The notes under the pieces: model-generated
Databases searched by the model: none
What the model was told of the DNA's origin: nothing
Seen by the model: the letters and a program-made list of their open reading frames with translations, nothing else
In this document: positions 30,392 to 39,489 of the stretch, one piece after another
Layout of the letters: the number at the start of each line of letters is the position of its first letter
Position numbering within the stretch: the first letter of the stretch is position 1
Position numbers and translations under genes: made by a program
Origin: an uncultured Clostridium sp.
Lineage (GTDB): Bacteria > Bacillota > Clostridia > Clostridiales > Clostridiaceae
Assembly: GCF_963515715.1 (NCBI RefSeq)
Contig: NZ_CAUPZS010000013.1
Span: 4,560-68,559 of the forward strand
DNA: 64,000 nt
Direction: 5' to 3'

Positions 30392-30805
30392 TCAAAAACT
30401 TTTAATATGCTCAAATTTCTCAAGCCTTACATTTAAAGAGTCTATTATAAAAGTTAAATTATCAATACCTATTGTATTATGAGGGCCTTGAAAAGGATCT
30501 ACTTGTATCTTTAACTTAAAACTAAAAGTACGATATCCATTAAGTCTTGTAGCTTCTAAGACTTTTATTGAGAATAAATCAAAATTTGCTTCTTCTCCAT
30601 AATAGTCTTTTATTGCTTTATTTATATGAGGAGTTAATAAAGTCATTATAATATCCTGATATAGTTCCTCAATGGAATGAGGTTTTGGTTCAGATTTTAT
30701 AATATTTTGAGAATCATTAGTGGACTTTAAATTAAGATTTTTTGCTGAAACACAAGTATTTGAAATAAGAAAGATTAAACAAAGAGCATAAATAAATTTT
30801 TTCAA
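30392..30805 (-). CDS. Secreted DUF3888-like protein
   Basis: Signal peptide; LYQDIIMTLLTPHINKAIKDYYG, PFQGPHNTIGIDNLTF. Confidence 0.65.
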   Translation of the reverse strand: MKKFIYALCLIFLISNTCVSAKNLNLKSTNDSQNIIKSEPKPHSIEELYQDIIMTLLTPHINKAIKDYYGEEANFDLFSIKVLEATRLNGYRTFSFKLKIQVDPFQGPHNTIGIDNLTFIIDSLNVRLEKFEHIKSF

Positions 30806-30975
30806 ATTATCACATCCTCTCTTTGTTATCTTTACACGGAAAATAAATATAATTCTAAATTATTTCGTACATTGTTTAATTACAAAACCCCATAGAAGCG
30901 TTGCCCTGCTCCTATGGGGTTTAAATAGATATCTTTAAGTATTTATTCTCATACCACTTTATTATAGTTCTTTAA

Positions 30976-31404
30976 TTAAAGTTTTATCCACATTTCTGTC
31001 ATAATATTTACTACTTCGTACATTTTATCATTATTAGTTTCTAGAAAACTTATAATTTCCTCTATGGAAGGCTGCTTATATACATGTGCTATTCTATTTC
31101 TATATCTTCTATAATTATTTAAAAAGCTTAACATATCTAAATCTATAATTTTATTTTCATTCAGCTTAGTTAAAGACTTTTCCATGTCATCACTGATTTT
31201 ATATATCTTTAGTTCTTTTAAGCACATAGAAGTAAAGCTTTCTATTAATATAAAATATTCTAAAAAGCTCTGTTTTACTGATGATTTTATTAATGTATTT
31301 AAATCTCCATCTTCAATCTCATTCAATTTAAGTAGTGCTTTGTCTAAAAGAGCCAATGTTTCTTTTATATTTTTTATTAAATCATATAACCTCTGTTTAT
31401 TCAT
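30976..31404 (-). CDS. hepT: HEPN-domain RNase toxin (HepT/DUF86 type)
   Basis: RX4HXY motif RNRIAHVY; overlaps the stop of the upstream MNT gene. Confidence 0.82.
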   Translation of the reverse strand: MNKQRLYDLIKNIKETLALLDKALLKLNEIEDGDLNTLIKSSVKQSFLEYFILIESFTSMCLKELKIYKISDDMEKSLTKLNENKIIDLDMLSFLNNYRRYRNRIAHVYKQPSIEEIISFLETNNDKMYEVVNIMTEMWIKL

Positions 31405-31816
31405 TAAAGATCACATCCCTCTCTCTAAAAAATCTAAAAGTTTCATTATCTTTATATAATTGTTCAACCTCTGCATAGCCTTTACTATACAATTCAAGAT
31501 TATCATCATCATATATTATTTGTCCATTATCATATATGGAAACTTTCATATTTAGCTCAATATTTTCTGATTTTAGGTTTACTACATCTATATCTCTCCC
31601 TAAAACTTTTTGCAGTGATTCTTCAATGAAAATTATAGTATTAAATGTTATATCTTTTTTACTTAAAACCGCTATATCTATATCTGAATATTCCTCAAAA
31701 TCTTCTGTTAATATACTTCCGAACAATATAACGGTAGCTATTTTAGCATCCTTAAATATCTTTGTACACTCTTTATCTTTTAGCTTATTGAGTATGTTAA
31801 CTTTACTATCATCCAT
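31397..31816 (-). CDS. mntA: Minimal nucleotidyltransferase antitoxin (MntA type)
   Basis: GSX10DXD motif FGSILTEDFEEYSDIDIAV; RDIDVVNL. Confidence 0.85.
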   Translation of the reverse strand: MDDSKVNILNKLKDKECTKIFKDAKIATVILFGSILTEDFEEYSDIDIAVLSKKDITFNTIIFIEESLQKVLGRDIDVVNLKSENIELNMKVSIYDNGQIIYDDDNLELYSKGYAEVEQLYKDNETFRFFRERDVIFNE

Positions 31817-32373
31817 TAACCAATCACCTCAACTTTTTAAAATTTTCTATATAACAACTATATTCTACTCTAAAACAGAACAAAAACCTTTAAGTTCTAT
31901 TGCAGAAATACTCCTATTTCCCTTTTCAATCTATACAGTTGTAATATTACATTACATCTTATTTGGATTTATTTCAATATATTGTTGTTAATTGTAACCT
32001 TTTATTATTTAATTTATACATAAAACTATTCATAAATACCTCTCGCACTTTTTCTCCTTACAAACTGCTGAGTTCTTTTATGTTTTACAGATATATTTTG
32101 AAGTATATATTATGGTAAATTGTTTTCACATTTATAAATTTCTTCTACAAGTATAACTTAGTTTCACAAATTGAGAGCTAAGCATGTAGTGAAGCCGCTC
32201 GAGAAAAAGTCGCTATTTCACTATATACTTAGCTCTTTTGTTTTTTACAATTATATTTCAAAATTAAGTTATGACATATCAGTTTCTCAAATGCGGGAAT
32301 TCTTAATTTTTAACTCTAAAAGAAGTTTTCATTGTAGGTATACAGTCTATGTTTCTTCATTGAATACTTCCCC

Positions 32374-32511
32374 TTATGCTATATCTTTCCTCTCTAGCTC
32401 CAAGCGGTCCTCTTTAACCTTTAACTTAGCCCTTATATATCTAAAACCAATAATTATCGTTCCTACGCCTATTATCCCTATTAAACTTGCCATAGCTATT
32501 GTTTCATTCAC
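32374..32511 (-). CDS. Putative 45-aa single-TM small protein (below the ORF-track cutoff)
   Basis: AAAGGAG RBS, GTG start: MNETIAMASLIGIIGVGTIIIGFRYIRAKLKVKEDRLELERKDIA*. Confidence 0.45.
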   Translation of the reverse strand: MNETIAMASLIGIIGVGTIIIGFRYIRAKLKVKEDRLELERKDIA

Positions 32512-32825
32512 TTTTCATCTCTCCTTTCTAAATAAAGTATTTCGTTCAAGTTTCATATCTTATAATTTTTTCTAATATAGAAATGGATGAAACTTTATAT
32601 ATTAAATTTCCTAATTAATTTCCTAGGAAATTTCATATCGTTTTATTATATTCTTAAAAACTTAATTTGTACCTATTACTACATAATATGTATTAGATGT
32701 GATAAGTTTGCTTAGATTGTGACATAAAAAATACCGTAAAATTCATTTCTGAATAATACGGTTTTAAATAATTTATATTTAATTCTAAATATCATACTAA
32801 TTTATAGTAGTTATTAAAAGTCATA

Positions 32826-32930
32826 GTGACAGTGAGGAGGTTTTCCCAAAACTACAGTAGTAATTACCTTTTTAATTTCTTATTACCATTTATTATGATA
32901 CAATTTAATCATTACTACGCAATAGTAATT
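32826..32930. repeat. Cassette-leader repeat, copy A (upstream of the ATPase gene)
   Basis: CAGTGAGGAGGTTTTCCCAAAACTAC..TAATTACC..TTATTACCATTTATTATGATACAAT..ACTACGCAATAGTAA aligns with 35971-36071. Confidence 0.75.
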
Positions 32931-32991
32931 TATAACGTCTTATTGCTTACTACATTTTCTATTATTTATAGCACTTTTGGAGGTACAATAA

Positions 32992-33726
32992 ATGAATTCA
33001 ATGAAATATAATCAATATTTAAGACACGTTGAATTATGTAGAGAAAGAATACAATCATTTTCTAAATATCCATATTGCTTATCAGCGATAAAAGATTTAT
33101 CTATACTGGAGTTTCATCGGAAAGTAACATATATGGTAGGAGAAAATGGTACTGGTAAATCAACAATACTTGAAGCCATTGCCGTAGCATATGGTTTTAA
33201 TCCAGAAGGTGGAACTAGAAATTTTAACTTTTCAACAAGAGATACCCATTCAGATTTACATAAGAATCTTAAGTTAGTTAAAGGGTTTAAGAGACCTAAT
33301 GATGGGTTTTTCTTAAGAGCAGAAAGTTTCTATAATATGGCTACAAATATAGACGAAATAAATGCTTTTAGTTCATATGGAGGGGTTTCACTACATTCAC
33401 AATCTCATGGAGAATCTTTTTTATCAGTTATTAGAAATAGATTCAGTGGAAATGGTTTATATATTTTAGACGAACCAGAAGCAGCCTTGTCACCATCAAG
33501 ACAAATGTCTCTGATGGCTATAATGCATGAATTAATACAGAAAGGTTCTCAATTTATAATAGCTACTCATTCTCCTATAATAATGTCTTATCCAGATTCA
33601 ATAATTTATGAATTAAGTGAGGGTATAAAAGAAGTGAAGTACAAGGATACTGAACATTATAAGCTTACGAAAACATTCCTTGATAATCCTGAAAAAATGC
33701 TGAAAATGCTTTTATTTGAAGAATAA
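32992..33726 (+). CDS. AAA/ABC-type ATPase (COG3910-like)
   Basis: GENGTGKST, FFLRAESFYN, SHGESFL, ILDEPEAALSP, IATHSP. Confidence 0.85.
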   Translation: MNSMKYNQYLRHVELCRERIQSFSKYPYCLSAIKDLSILEFHRKVTYMVGENGTGKSTILEAIAVAYGFNPEGGTRNFNFSTRDTHSDLHKNLKLVKGFKRPNDGFFLRAESFYNMATNIDEINAFSSYGGVSLHSQSHGESFLSVIRNRFSGNGLYILDEPEAALSPSRQMSLMAIMHELIQKGSQFIIATHSPIIMSYPDSIIYELSEGIKEVKYKDTEHYKLTKTFLDNPEKMLKMLLFEE

Positions 33727-33978
33727 ATAATAAATGAGAAATTTATCAGTGTACATGGTATAAAAGAAGGTGTAGGCAGGTATATTACTAATATTGAATG
33801 AAATAATAAAATATGATTTGGAAATGAGTACATTTATGGAAGAGATGTCTATATAAAAAATAGGTGAATTGATTAAATACTTAATTTTGTATTTATATTA
33901 TGACATAGTATTCTTATAAGCCGACTTAAACTCAGTATTTAAAAGATACTGAGTTTTTCATTTATAATAAAAGCTTTG

Positions 33979-34075
33979 GACTAGTTTCCTTACTGCTTCT
34001 CCATAGGAAATCTTACTTGTTGGCAGTTAGAAAGTTTATTCAAAGCTACATGATAAACTGCCTTTTTAATTTTAT
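33979..34075. repeat. Cassette-leader repeat, copy B (upstream of the ECF sigma gene)
   Basis: GACTAGTTTCCTTACTGCTTCTCCATAGGAAATCTTACTTGTTGGCAGT..CAAAGCTAC aligns with 35929-35998. Confidence 0.75.
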
Positions 34076-34170
34076 TCTATTACTTTTTAATTAATATAAA
34101 ATACAGAGTATAATATTTATGATTAGTAATTTTTTCTTTTATTTAATTTTAAAACAAAATTGGAATATAG

Positions 34171-34198
34171 TGTAACATAAATAAGAATGGTTCGTTTA
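34171..34198 (+). promoter_or_regulatory. ECF-sigma autoregulatory promoter
   Basis: TGTAAC-N16-CGTTTA (AAC/CGT ECF pattern) just upstream of the sigma gene RBS. Confidence 0.6.
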
Positions 34199-34222
34199 TT
34201 AAGTGAAAGGGGTGAGACCATT

Positions 34223-34714
34223 GTGAAAAATGATGAGTTTGAAGTTTTATACGAAAAATATAGTACGGAACTTTACATTTACGCCCTTTCTCTATGTAAA
34301 GATCATCATTTATCTCAAGATTTAGTAAGTGAAACCTTTTTTAAATCCCTATTATTCATTGAGAGCAGTCAGTGTTATATTAAATATTGGTTATTTAGAG
34401 TATGCAAAAATCTATATTTAGACCATTTAAAGAAAAACAAATACTTACATAATGTTGAGGTAAATTTAGACAAACTATTAGTAGAAGATAACACATTAGA
34501 TAAAGTCATACTTAATGAAGAGAGAAAAAGGATTTATTATGAGATTTTAAAATTGCAGCCATCTTATAAAGAAATAATTATCCTATATTATTATTGTGAC
34601 TTTAGTTTAAAAGAAATATCGTTAATGGTTGGAATCTCCCAGGGTGCAGCTAGAACTTTGCTATTTAGGGCGAGAAGAAAGATTAAAGATGGTTTAGAGG
34701 AGGAATTTAAATGA
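34223..34714 (+). CDS. ECF RNA polymerase sigma factor (probable GTG start 34223)
   Basis: DLVSETFFK, YWLFRVCKNLYLD region 2; SLKEIS..RTLLFRARRKIK region 4. Confidence 0.9.
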   Translation: MKNDEFEVLYEKYSTELYIYALSLCKDHHLSQDLVSETFFKSLLFIESSQCYIKYWLFRVCKNLYLDHLKKNKYLHNVEVNLDKLLVEDNTLDKVILNEERKRIYYEILKLQPSYKEIIILYYYCDFSLKEISLMVGISQGAARTLLFRARRKIKDGLEEEFK

Positions 34715-35856
34715 GCTTTAAAGATTTATTATATAAGTATAACAACGGAACAGCGTCTATTGAAGAAATAAAATTAGTAGAAGAAGAACTTGGTAAGTAT
34801 GAGGCAATTGAGGAGTACTTATCTGAGAAGTATAATTTAGATTTTGAAAAAGATAGTTTATCTGAAAATATTAATAATGAAGCAGCCGTGATTAAAAGAA
34901 ACGTGAACAAGAAGCTACGGAAAGTAATATTAACTTCCGTTTCTATTGTATTTTTAATATTATTTACTACTTATTATATAGTTTCCCCTCTTGTAAGTAG
35001 TTTTTATTATAACCCATCTAAAAAGACAGTTGGTAAATATTTCGATGATTTATATTTTGATTTAAGAGCTTATACTGAGTTGAATTTCCCAGGTTATGCA
35101 CTTTACAGTGCAAGTTCTGAAAAATTGGGATTTGGAGAATACGACATGTATTTTGAACGAGAAAATCTCTTTAATCGCGAAAGTAAGAATATTAATGCTA
35201 AAATTAAAAGCAATCATATAATGGAAAGATCTAAAGATTTCTCCCCTTTTAATTTAGGTTTTTGGGACATTATATTTCCTAGTACAGATAGAGATGAAAT
35301 TAATAAAACGCAAGATAATATAAATTACATTAAGGAACTAAACCCTGTTTCTTATGTTTCTGCCAGTATAATATTTAAAGATGATTTGAGTATAAAGGAA
35401 TTTGATGACTTACAACAAAAATATTTCTGGCAAGTTCAATTTAAATGGGCTGGAGTGCGAACTGTAAACCCAGGTGAGCCTACTCACTTCATATCTGGAT
35501 TTAACCATAATTCTGATGGATCAAGAACTGATGATAGTGCAGATAAAGATAAATACCCTTATTTGCAATTAGCAGACTACTTCCATGAGGCAAGAGATTC
35601 AATAGAAGAAGCATATACCAAACATTTTATTTCATTATTAACATATATGAATGATAGACAACAGTTCGTTAAATCACTAAGTAGCTTTGAGGTAGAATAT
35701 TATAAAAATGCTTTAAACTACGTTGAGAAAAATGGAATAAATATTTATGGAGTTTTAGTTTACGGCGAAGCAAGGGATTTGCTAGAATTTATAGATAATG
35801 AACAAATTAAAACTATAGAAATTAATAGCGTCTTGCCTTCGAAATATATGAATTAA
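34711..35856 (+). CDS. Membrane anti-sigma factor (Sigma_reg_N/C type)
   Basis: Overlaps the sigma gene; single TM; ELNFPGY, LGFGEY, NGINIYGVLVYG. Confidence 0.75.
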   Translation: MSFKDLLYKYNNGTASIEEIKLVEEELGKYEAIEEYLSEKYNLDFEKDSLSENINNEAAVIKRNVNKKLRKVILTSVSIVFLILFTTYYIVSPLVSSFYYNPSKKTVGKYFDDLYFDLRAYTELNFPGYALYSASSEKLGFGEYDMYFERENLFNRESKNINAKIKSNHIMERSKDFSPFNLGFWDIIFPSTDRDEINKTQDNINYIKELNPVSYVSASIIFKDDLSIKEFDDLQQKYFWQVQFKWAGVRTVNPGEPTHFISGFNHNSDGSRTDDSADKDKYPYLQLADYFHEARDSIEEAYTKHFISLLTYMNDRQQFVKSLSSFEVEYYKNALNYVEKNGINIYGVLVYGEARDLLEFIDNEQIKTIEINSVLPSKYMN

Positions 35857-35928
35857 CAATTCGTTTTTACTCACTAATGCAGTAAGCCTAAAAGCCTACT
35901 GCGTTCCTATTTCTGAAACATTACCTCT

Positions 35929-36071
35929 GACTAGTTTCCTGATTGCTGCTCCTTAGGAAGGCTTACTTGATGTCAGTGATGAGGTTTGTCCAAAACTAAA
36001 ATAATAATTACATTTTCAATTTATTATTACCATTTATCGTGATACAATGTAATTATCACTACGGAATAGTA
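35929..36071. repeat. Cassette-leader repeat, copy C (longest; upstream of the hypothetical gene)
   Basis: Left part matches copy B, right part matches copy A. Confidence 0.75.
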
Positions 36072-36114
36072 AAAAATTGTATAGTAATTACCACTAGTGG
36101 AGGTGTAAAATTAA

Positions 36115-36555
36115 TTGAATTGTCAGGATTATGAAGAAACATTGTTATTATTTAACAAACTATTCAATGAAGGGTTTTATAAGCCCAACTTTAAAACAAA
36201 AAAATTCAATGATTTATGGTATGATGTGGATATGTTGTTGTTCAGAGATGCACTTGCAGGACCATTCTATCAAATACATACACATGATAATTGTGATTAT
36301 GTATTTGAAGGTAAGCATGAGTCATTTAAAGAAATAAGAAGTTGTGAAGACTTTCTAAATTGGTGTCTAAATATTATTGAATGTTATCGAAACATAATAA
36401 ACCAAGTAGGGTCTATTGATGCTAATGAAGAGAAAGATAAACAAGTACTATTATCCCAAGCAGCAGTAATGGAAAAACTATCTTTCATAGCCTTTGATAT
36501 ACAAAAAGATAGATGGAGATTTATTAAAAAACCTTCTTCTTACAAAATCACCTAA
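36115..36555 (+). CDS. Hypothetical protein
   Basis: 146-aa ORF with GGAGG RBS and TTG start; no recognised motif. Confidence 0.6.
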   Translation: MNCQDYEETLLLFNKLFNEGFYKPNFKTKKFNDLWYDVDMLLFRDALAGPFYQIHTHDNCDYVFEGKHESFKEIRSCEDFLNWCLNIIECYRNIINQVGSIDANEEKDKQVLLSQAAVMEKLSFIAFDIQKDRWRFIKKPSSYKIT

Positions 36556-36597
36556 CCGCAGTAGGTTCAAAATCTACTGTGGTTTTATTTCCAGAAA

Positions 36598-36840
36598 TCA
36601 TGCCATAATTTTCCCCCAACTCTCTTTTCCCACTACCCCATCCACCAATAATCCATTATCCCTTAAAAGCTCCACCGCTGCCTAAATCCTCCTTCAACAT
36701 CCCAAAATGAAAATCCTTCCCTGGGCAATTAGCAGCATTAAGCTCACCACGGCCATGTATTTTGTTAATATTATATTTACTACAAATATAGCGAGATAAT
36801 TTCACCAAAGCTTTATACTGAACCTCTTCTATGCCGCATA
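36598..36840 (-). pseudogene. Remnant of an N-acetylmuramoyl-L-alanine amidase with peptidoglycan-binding domain
   Basis: Minus-strand fragments EEVQYKALVKLSRYICSKYNINKIHGRGELNAANCPGKDF and DNGLLVDGVVGKESWGKIMA*, separated by stops and a frameshift. Confidence 0.65.
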
Positions 36841-36860
36841 TTTTTGGACATACTATCAGA

Positions 36861-38219
36861 TTAGTTAACTTTCATATTTTCTATGTTATAAGTATTGAAT
36901 TTTTTTGCAATACAACTATTATATTTCTTTAAATAAATCACAAAAACAATTAAATAGTTAATAAATAATGATATAAATATACCGTATAGTTGGATTTTTA
37001 AAATATATACCGAAAAAAGCATGAGAAATAATGATAAAAAATTTACTTTTGCTGTATTAAATAAAACAAATTTACTTTCATTCAATGATTGTAAAGAGTA
37101 TTTATAAACAGTACAAAACGGATTAAATATATTAGATATAATTATATGTATTAATAAGTTACTAGCAATTAAAATTACTTCTTCATCATTGGTAATTAAT
37201 CTAGGTAGATATTTTCTAAAAGCTAAAAATAAAATAGACAAAAACAAATATATAATTATAGATAATAATATGCTTAATTTAGGAATATTGATTAATGATT
37301 CTTCATTATTTTCTCCATCATTTTTACTAATTAAAGTAAGGGTTGCTGAACCGTACATATACATAGGAATTAATATTATATTTATTAATTGTGTAAGTAT
37401 TAAATATGCTGATATTTCAACTACTCCAATTCTGGATATAATAGCATTGGTTGCAATAATAAAAACGCTTCCTTCTAACACCTCTTGTCCCATTAGTGGA
37501 ATGCTTTCTTTTATGTTATTCTTAATTTTGAATTTATAAATCTCTATCTTTTTATAATTAAACTTCATGTATTTCCTACATATACATATGTAAAATAACA
37601 AATTTATGATTAAGGATAAAATTGTTGCAATGGCTGCACCTTTAACTTCTAACCTTGGGAACCCAAAATTTCCAAATATGAGACCATAGTCTAATATTAA
37701 ATTTATTATAGAAGCACCGGTTGAGCCTATTAAAATCCATTTAGTCATTTTTTTAATTTTAAATAAAGCTGAAAAGCTAAACAACAATAATTGAATAATT
37801 ATATAAACACTCATTATGCTTGAATAGGCTACAGCTTCTTCCAATATTCTTCCTTTGAATCCATATAAAAGTATTAATATTGGCTTTTGAAATAAAATTA
37901 TTATAATAAAAAAAGTTAATCCTATTAATATGTTAAGCATTAGACATGAACTAAACTCATCTTGAAAATCTACATTATCATCTTTTCCTAAAGCCTTTGC
38001 CCCATTAATATTAAATACTACAGATGTAAATCCTAAAACACCTGCTAGCAATGATATCAATGATACAATAACTCCTACTGCACTATATGCGAATATAGAT
38101 ATCCTTCCCACCATAGCTTGATCGGTAAAACCTATAATTAATCCTGCTACTGATTGAATTATTAATGGTACTGCAATATTATTTAATTCTTTTAATTCAT
38201 TACTAATTAACTTTTTCAT
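36861..38219 (-). CDS. MATE family efflux transporter
   Basis: IAVPLIIQ..TDQAMVGRI, NLILDYGLIFGNFGFPRLEVKGAAIAT; about 12 TM segments; very AT-rich. Confidence 0.88.
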   Translation of the reverse strand: MKKLISNELKELNNIAVPLIIQSVAGLIIGFTDQAMVGRISIFAYSAVGVIVSLISLLAGVLGFTSVVFNINGAKALGKDDNVDFQDEFSSCLMLNILIGLTFFIIIILFQKPILILLYGFKGRILEEAVAYSSIMSVYIIIQLLLFSFSALFKIKKMTKWILIGSTGASIINLILDYGLIFGNFGFPRLEVKGAAIATILSLIINLLFYICICRKYMKFNYKKIEIYKFKIKNNIKESIPLMGQEVLEGSVFIIATNAIISRIGVVEISAYLILTQLINIILIPMYMYGSATLTLISKNDGENNEESLINIPKLSILLSIIIYLFLSILFLAFRKYLPRLITNDEEVILIASNLLIHIIISNIFNPFCTVYKYSLQSLNESKFVLFNTAKVNFLSLFLMLFSVYILKIQLYGIFISLFINYLIVFVIYLKKYNSCIAKKFNTYNIENMKVN

Positions 38220-38797
38220 AACTAATACTTTCTTCTATATTTAATTGAATTAAATTATCATAGATTATATTTAATAAAGGAAACTTACTCAAGAAATTAG
38301 AAAATATTTTCTTGAAGGATTTTTCGCTTATGTTATATTCATTTATAAAATACTCAATCATATATAATTTTTTCAAAATAATACCTCCTGTATATTAAGC
38401 AGCAATTTTATAAGTTCCTTAAGGAGTTTGTCCGATGTTACTTACTATTACTTTTTATACTTTATACTATTCAACTCATACTAATGAATTCCTCTTTAAC
38501 TTTAATATTAAATAATACCTTAATTTTTTTAAAGCTAACCTATTTATTTATTTTTAAGTTTAATCTCAAATTATAGTTAACAAAGCCGGCGGCGCCTGTA
38601 CTCCTTAACTTATAGATGGTCAGAGCCCGGCCTTGTGCTGCTTTTTCTTTCTTTTCATATAGCGATATAATATAATTATAGGGTAAAGAAAATAGTCTCC
38701 TATCCTTTTGGATAAGGTGCTGGACGAGTAAAATTTATATAACAGGATAAATTGGAATTTGAGAACGGATTAGCAATATACATGAGGTGATGAATAA

Positions 38798-39340
38798 ATG
38801 GTGCTTAATCAGAGAATTAAGTTACAAGGAGATAAGGCAAACAGAATTATTAAGGCTATGGAGAATGCGGGCTGGTTCAATAATAGACAAGTAGAAATTT
38901 CAAACATCGAAGAATACTATAACGAGCAGGGAATTGCTCTTTTTCCTTCTGCTAAGAAATTTTTCCTTGAGTTTTCAGGAATAGCTAGCAAATGGTATAT
39001 TGAAGTTCGTAATCTTGACCATTCACCAGATTTTACATTTGAACTATTTCCGTACCCAATTTCATATAAGACAGATGTGAGAGATTACATGTTTGATGAT
39101 GCAGAGTTTATGATATATTCTGAAGACTATCAAGCTGTTGCAAGAAAAGCTAATGAAGGATTTCTTTTGGTTGGTGAAATAGGTTATTACTATCCAGCGC
39201 GTGTATGGATAGGTGAAAGTGGGAAACTATATACAACTCATGAGTATGATGAACAAGTATATGTTTTTAATTCCGTATTTGAATTGATTGAGCATGAATT
39301 ACAATCACATGAGATGACTTCAGTTGCCATGAAATTATAA
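38798..39340 (+). CDS. SUKH-3-like immunity protein
   Basis: MENAGWFNNRQV..LFPSAKKFFLEFSG..VGE..WIGESGKLY pattern. Confidence 0.6.
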   Translation: MVLNQRIKLQGDKANRIIKAMENAGWFNNRQVEISNIEEYYNEQGIALFPSAKKFFLEFSGIASKWYIEVRNLDHSPDFTFELFPYPISYKTDVRDYMFDDAEFMIYSEDYQAVARKANEGFLLVGEIGYYYPARVWIGESGKLYTTHEYDEQVYVFNSVFELIEHELQSHEMTSVAMKL

Positions 39341-39396
39341 ACATATTTTATGGATATCAATTTTGTTTATCAGTGAGATTATGAGCAAGCAAAAAC

Positions 39397-39432
39397 AAGG
39401 ATAAGCTGACTTAGGCTGTCAGCTTATCCTTA
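39397..39432. terminator. Bidirectional terminator
   Basis: AAGGATAAGCTGAC...GTCAGCTTATCCTT. Confidence 0.7.
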
Positions 39433-39489
39433 TTTGTGTCTGTAAATTTACTAGTGTACAGCTTCAAGAAAGTCTCTGCTATATTGTTG

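Noticed and set aside
31536..32575. Plus-strand ORFs 31536-31991 and 32171-32575
   Set aside because: The first is antisense to mntA; the second has no RBS and a better small ORF lies on the opposite strand
33730..33870. Coding-like remnant after the ATPase gene (EKFISVHGIKEGVGRYITNIE*...)
   Set aside because: Multiple stops, too short to assign a family
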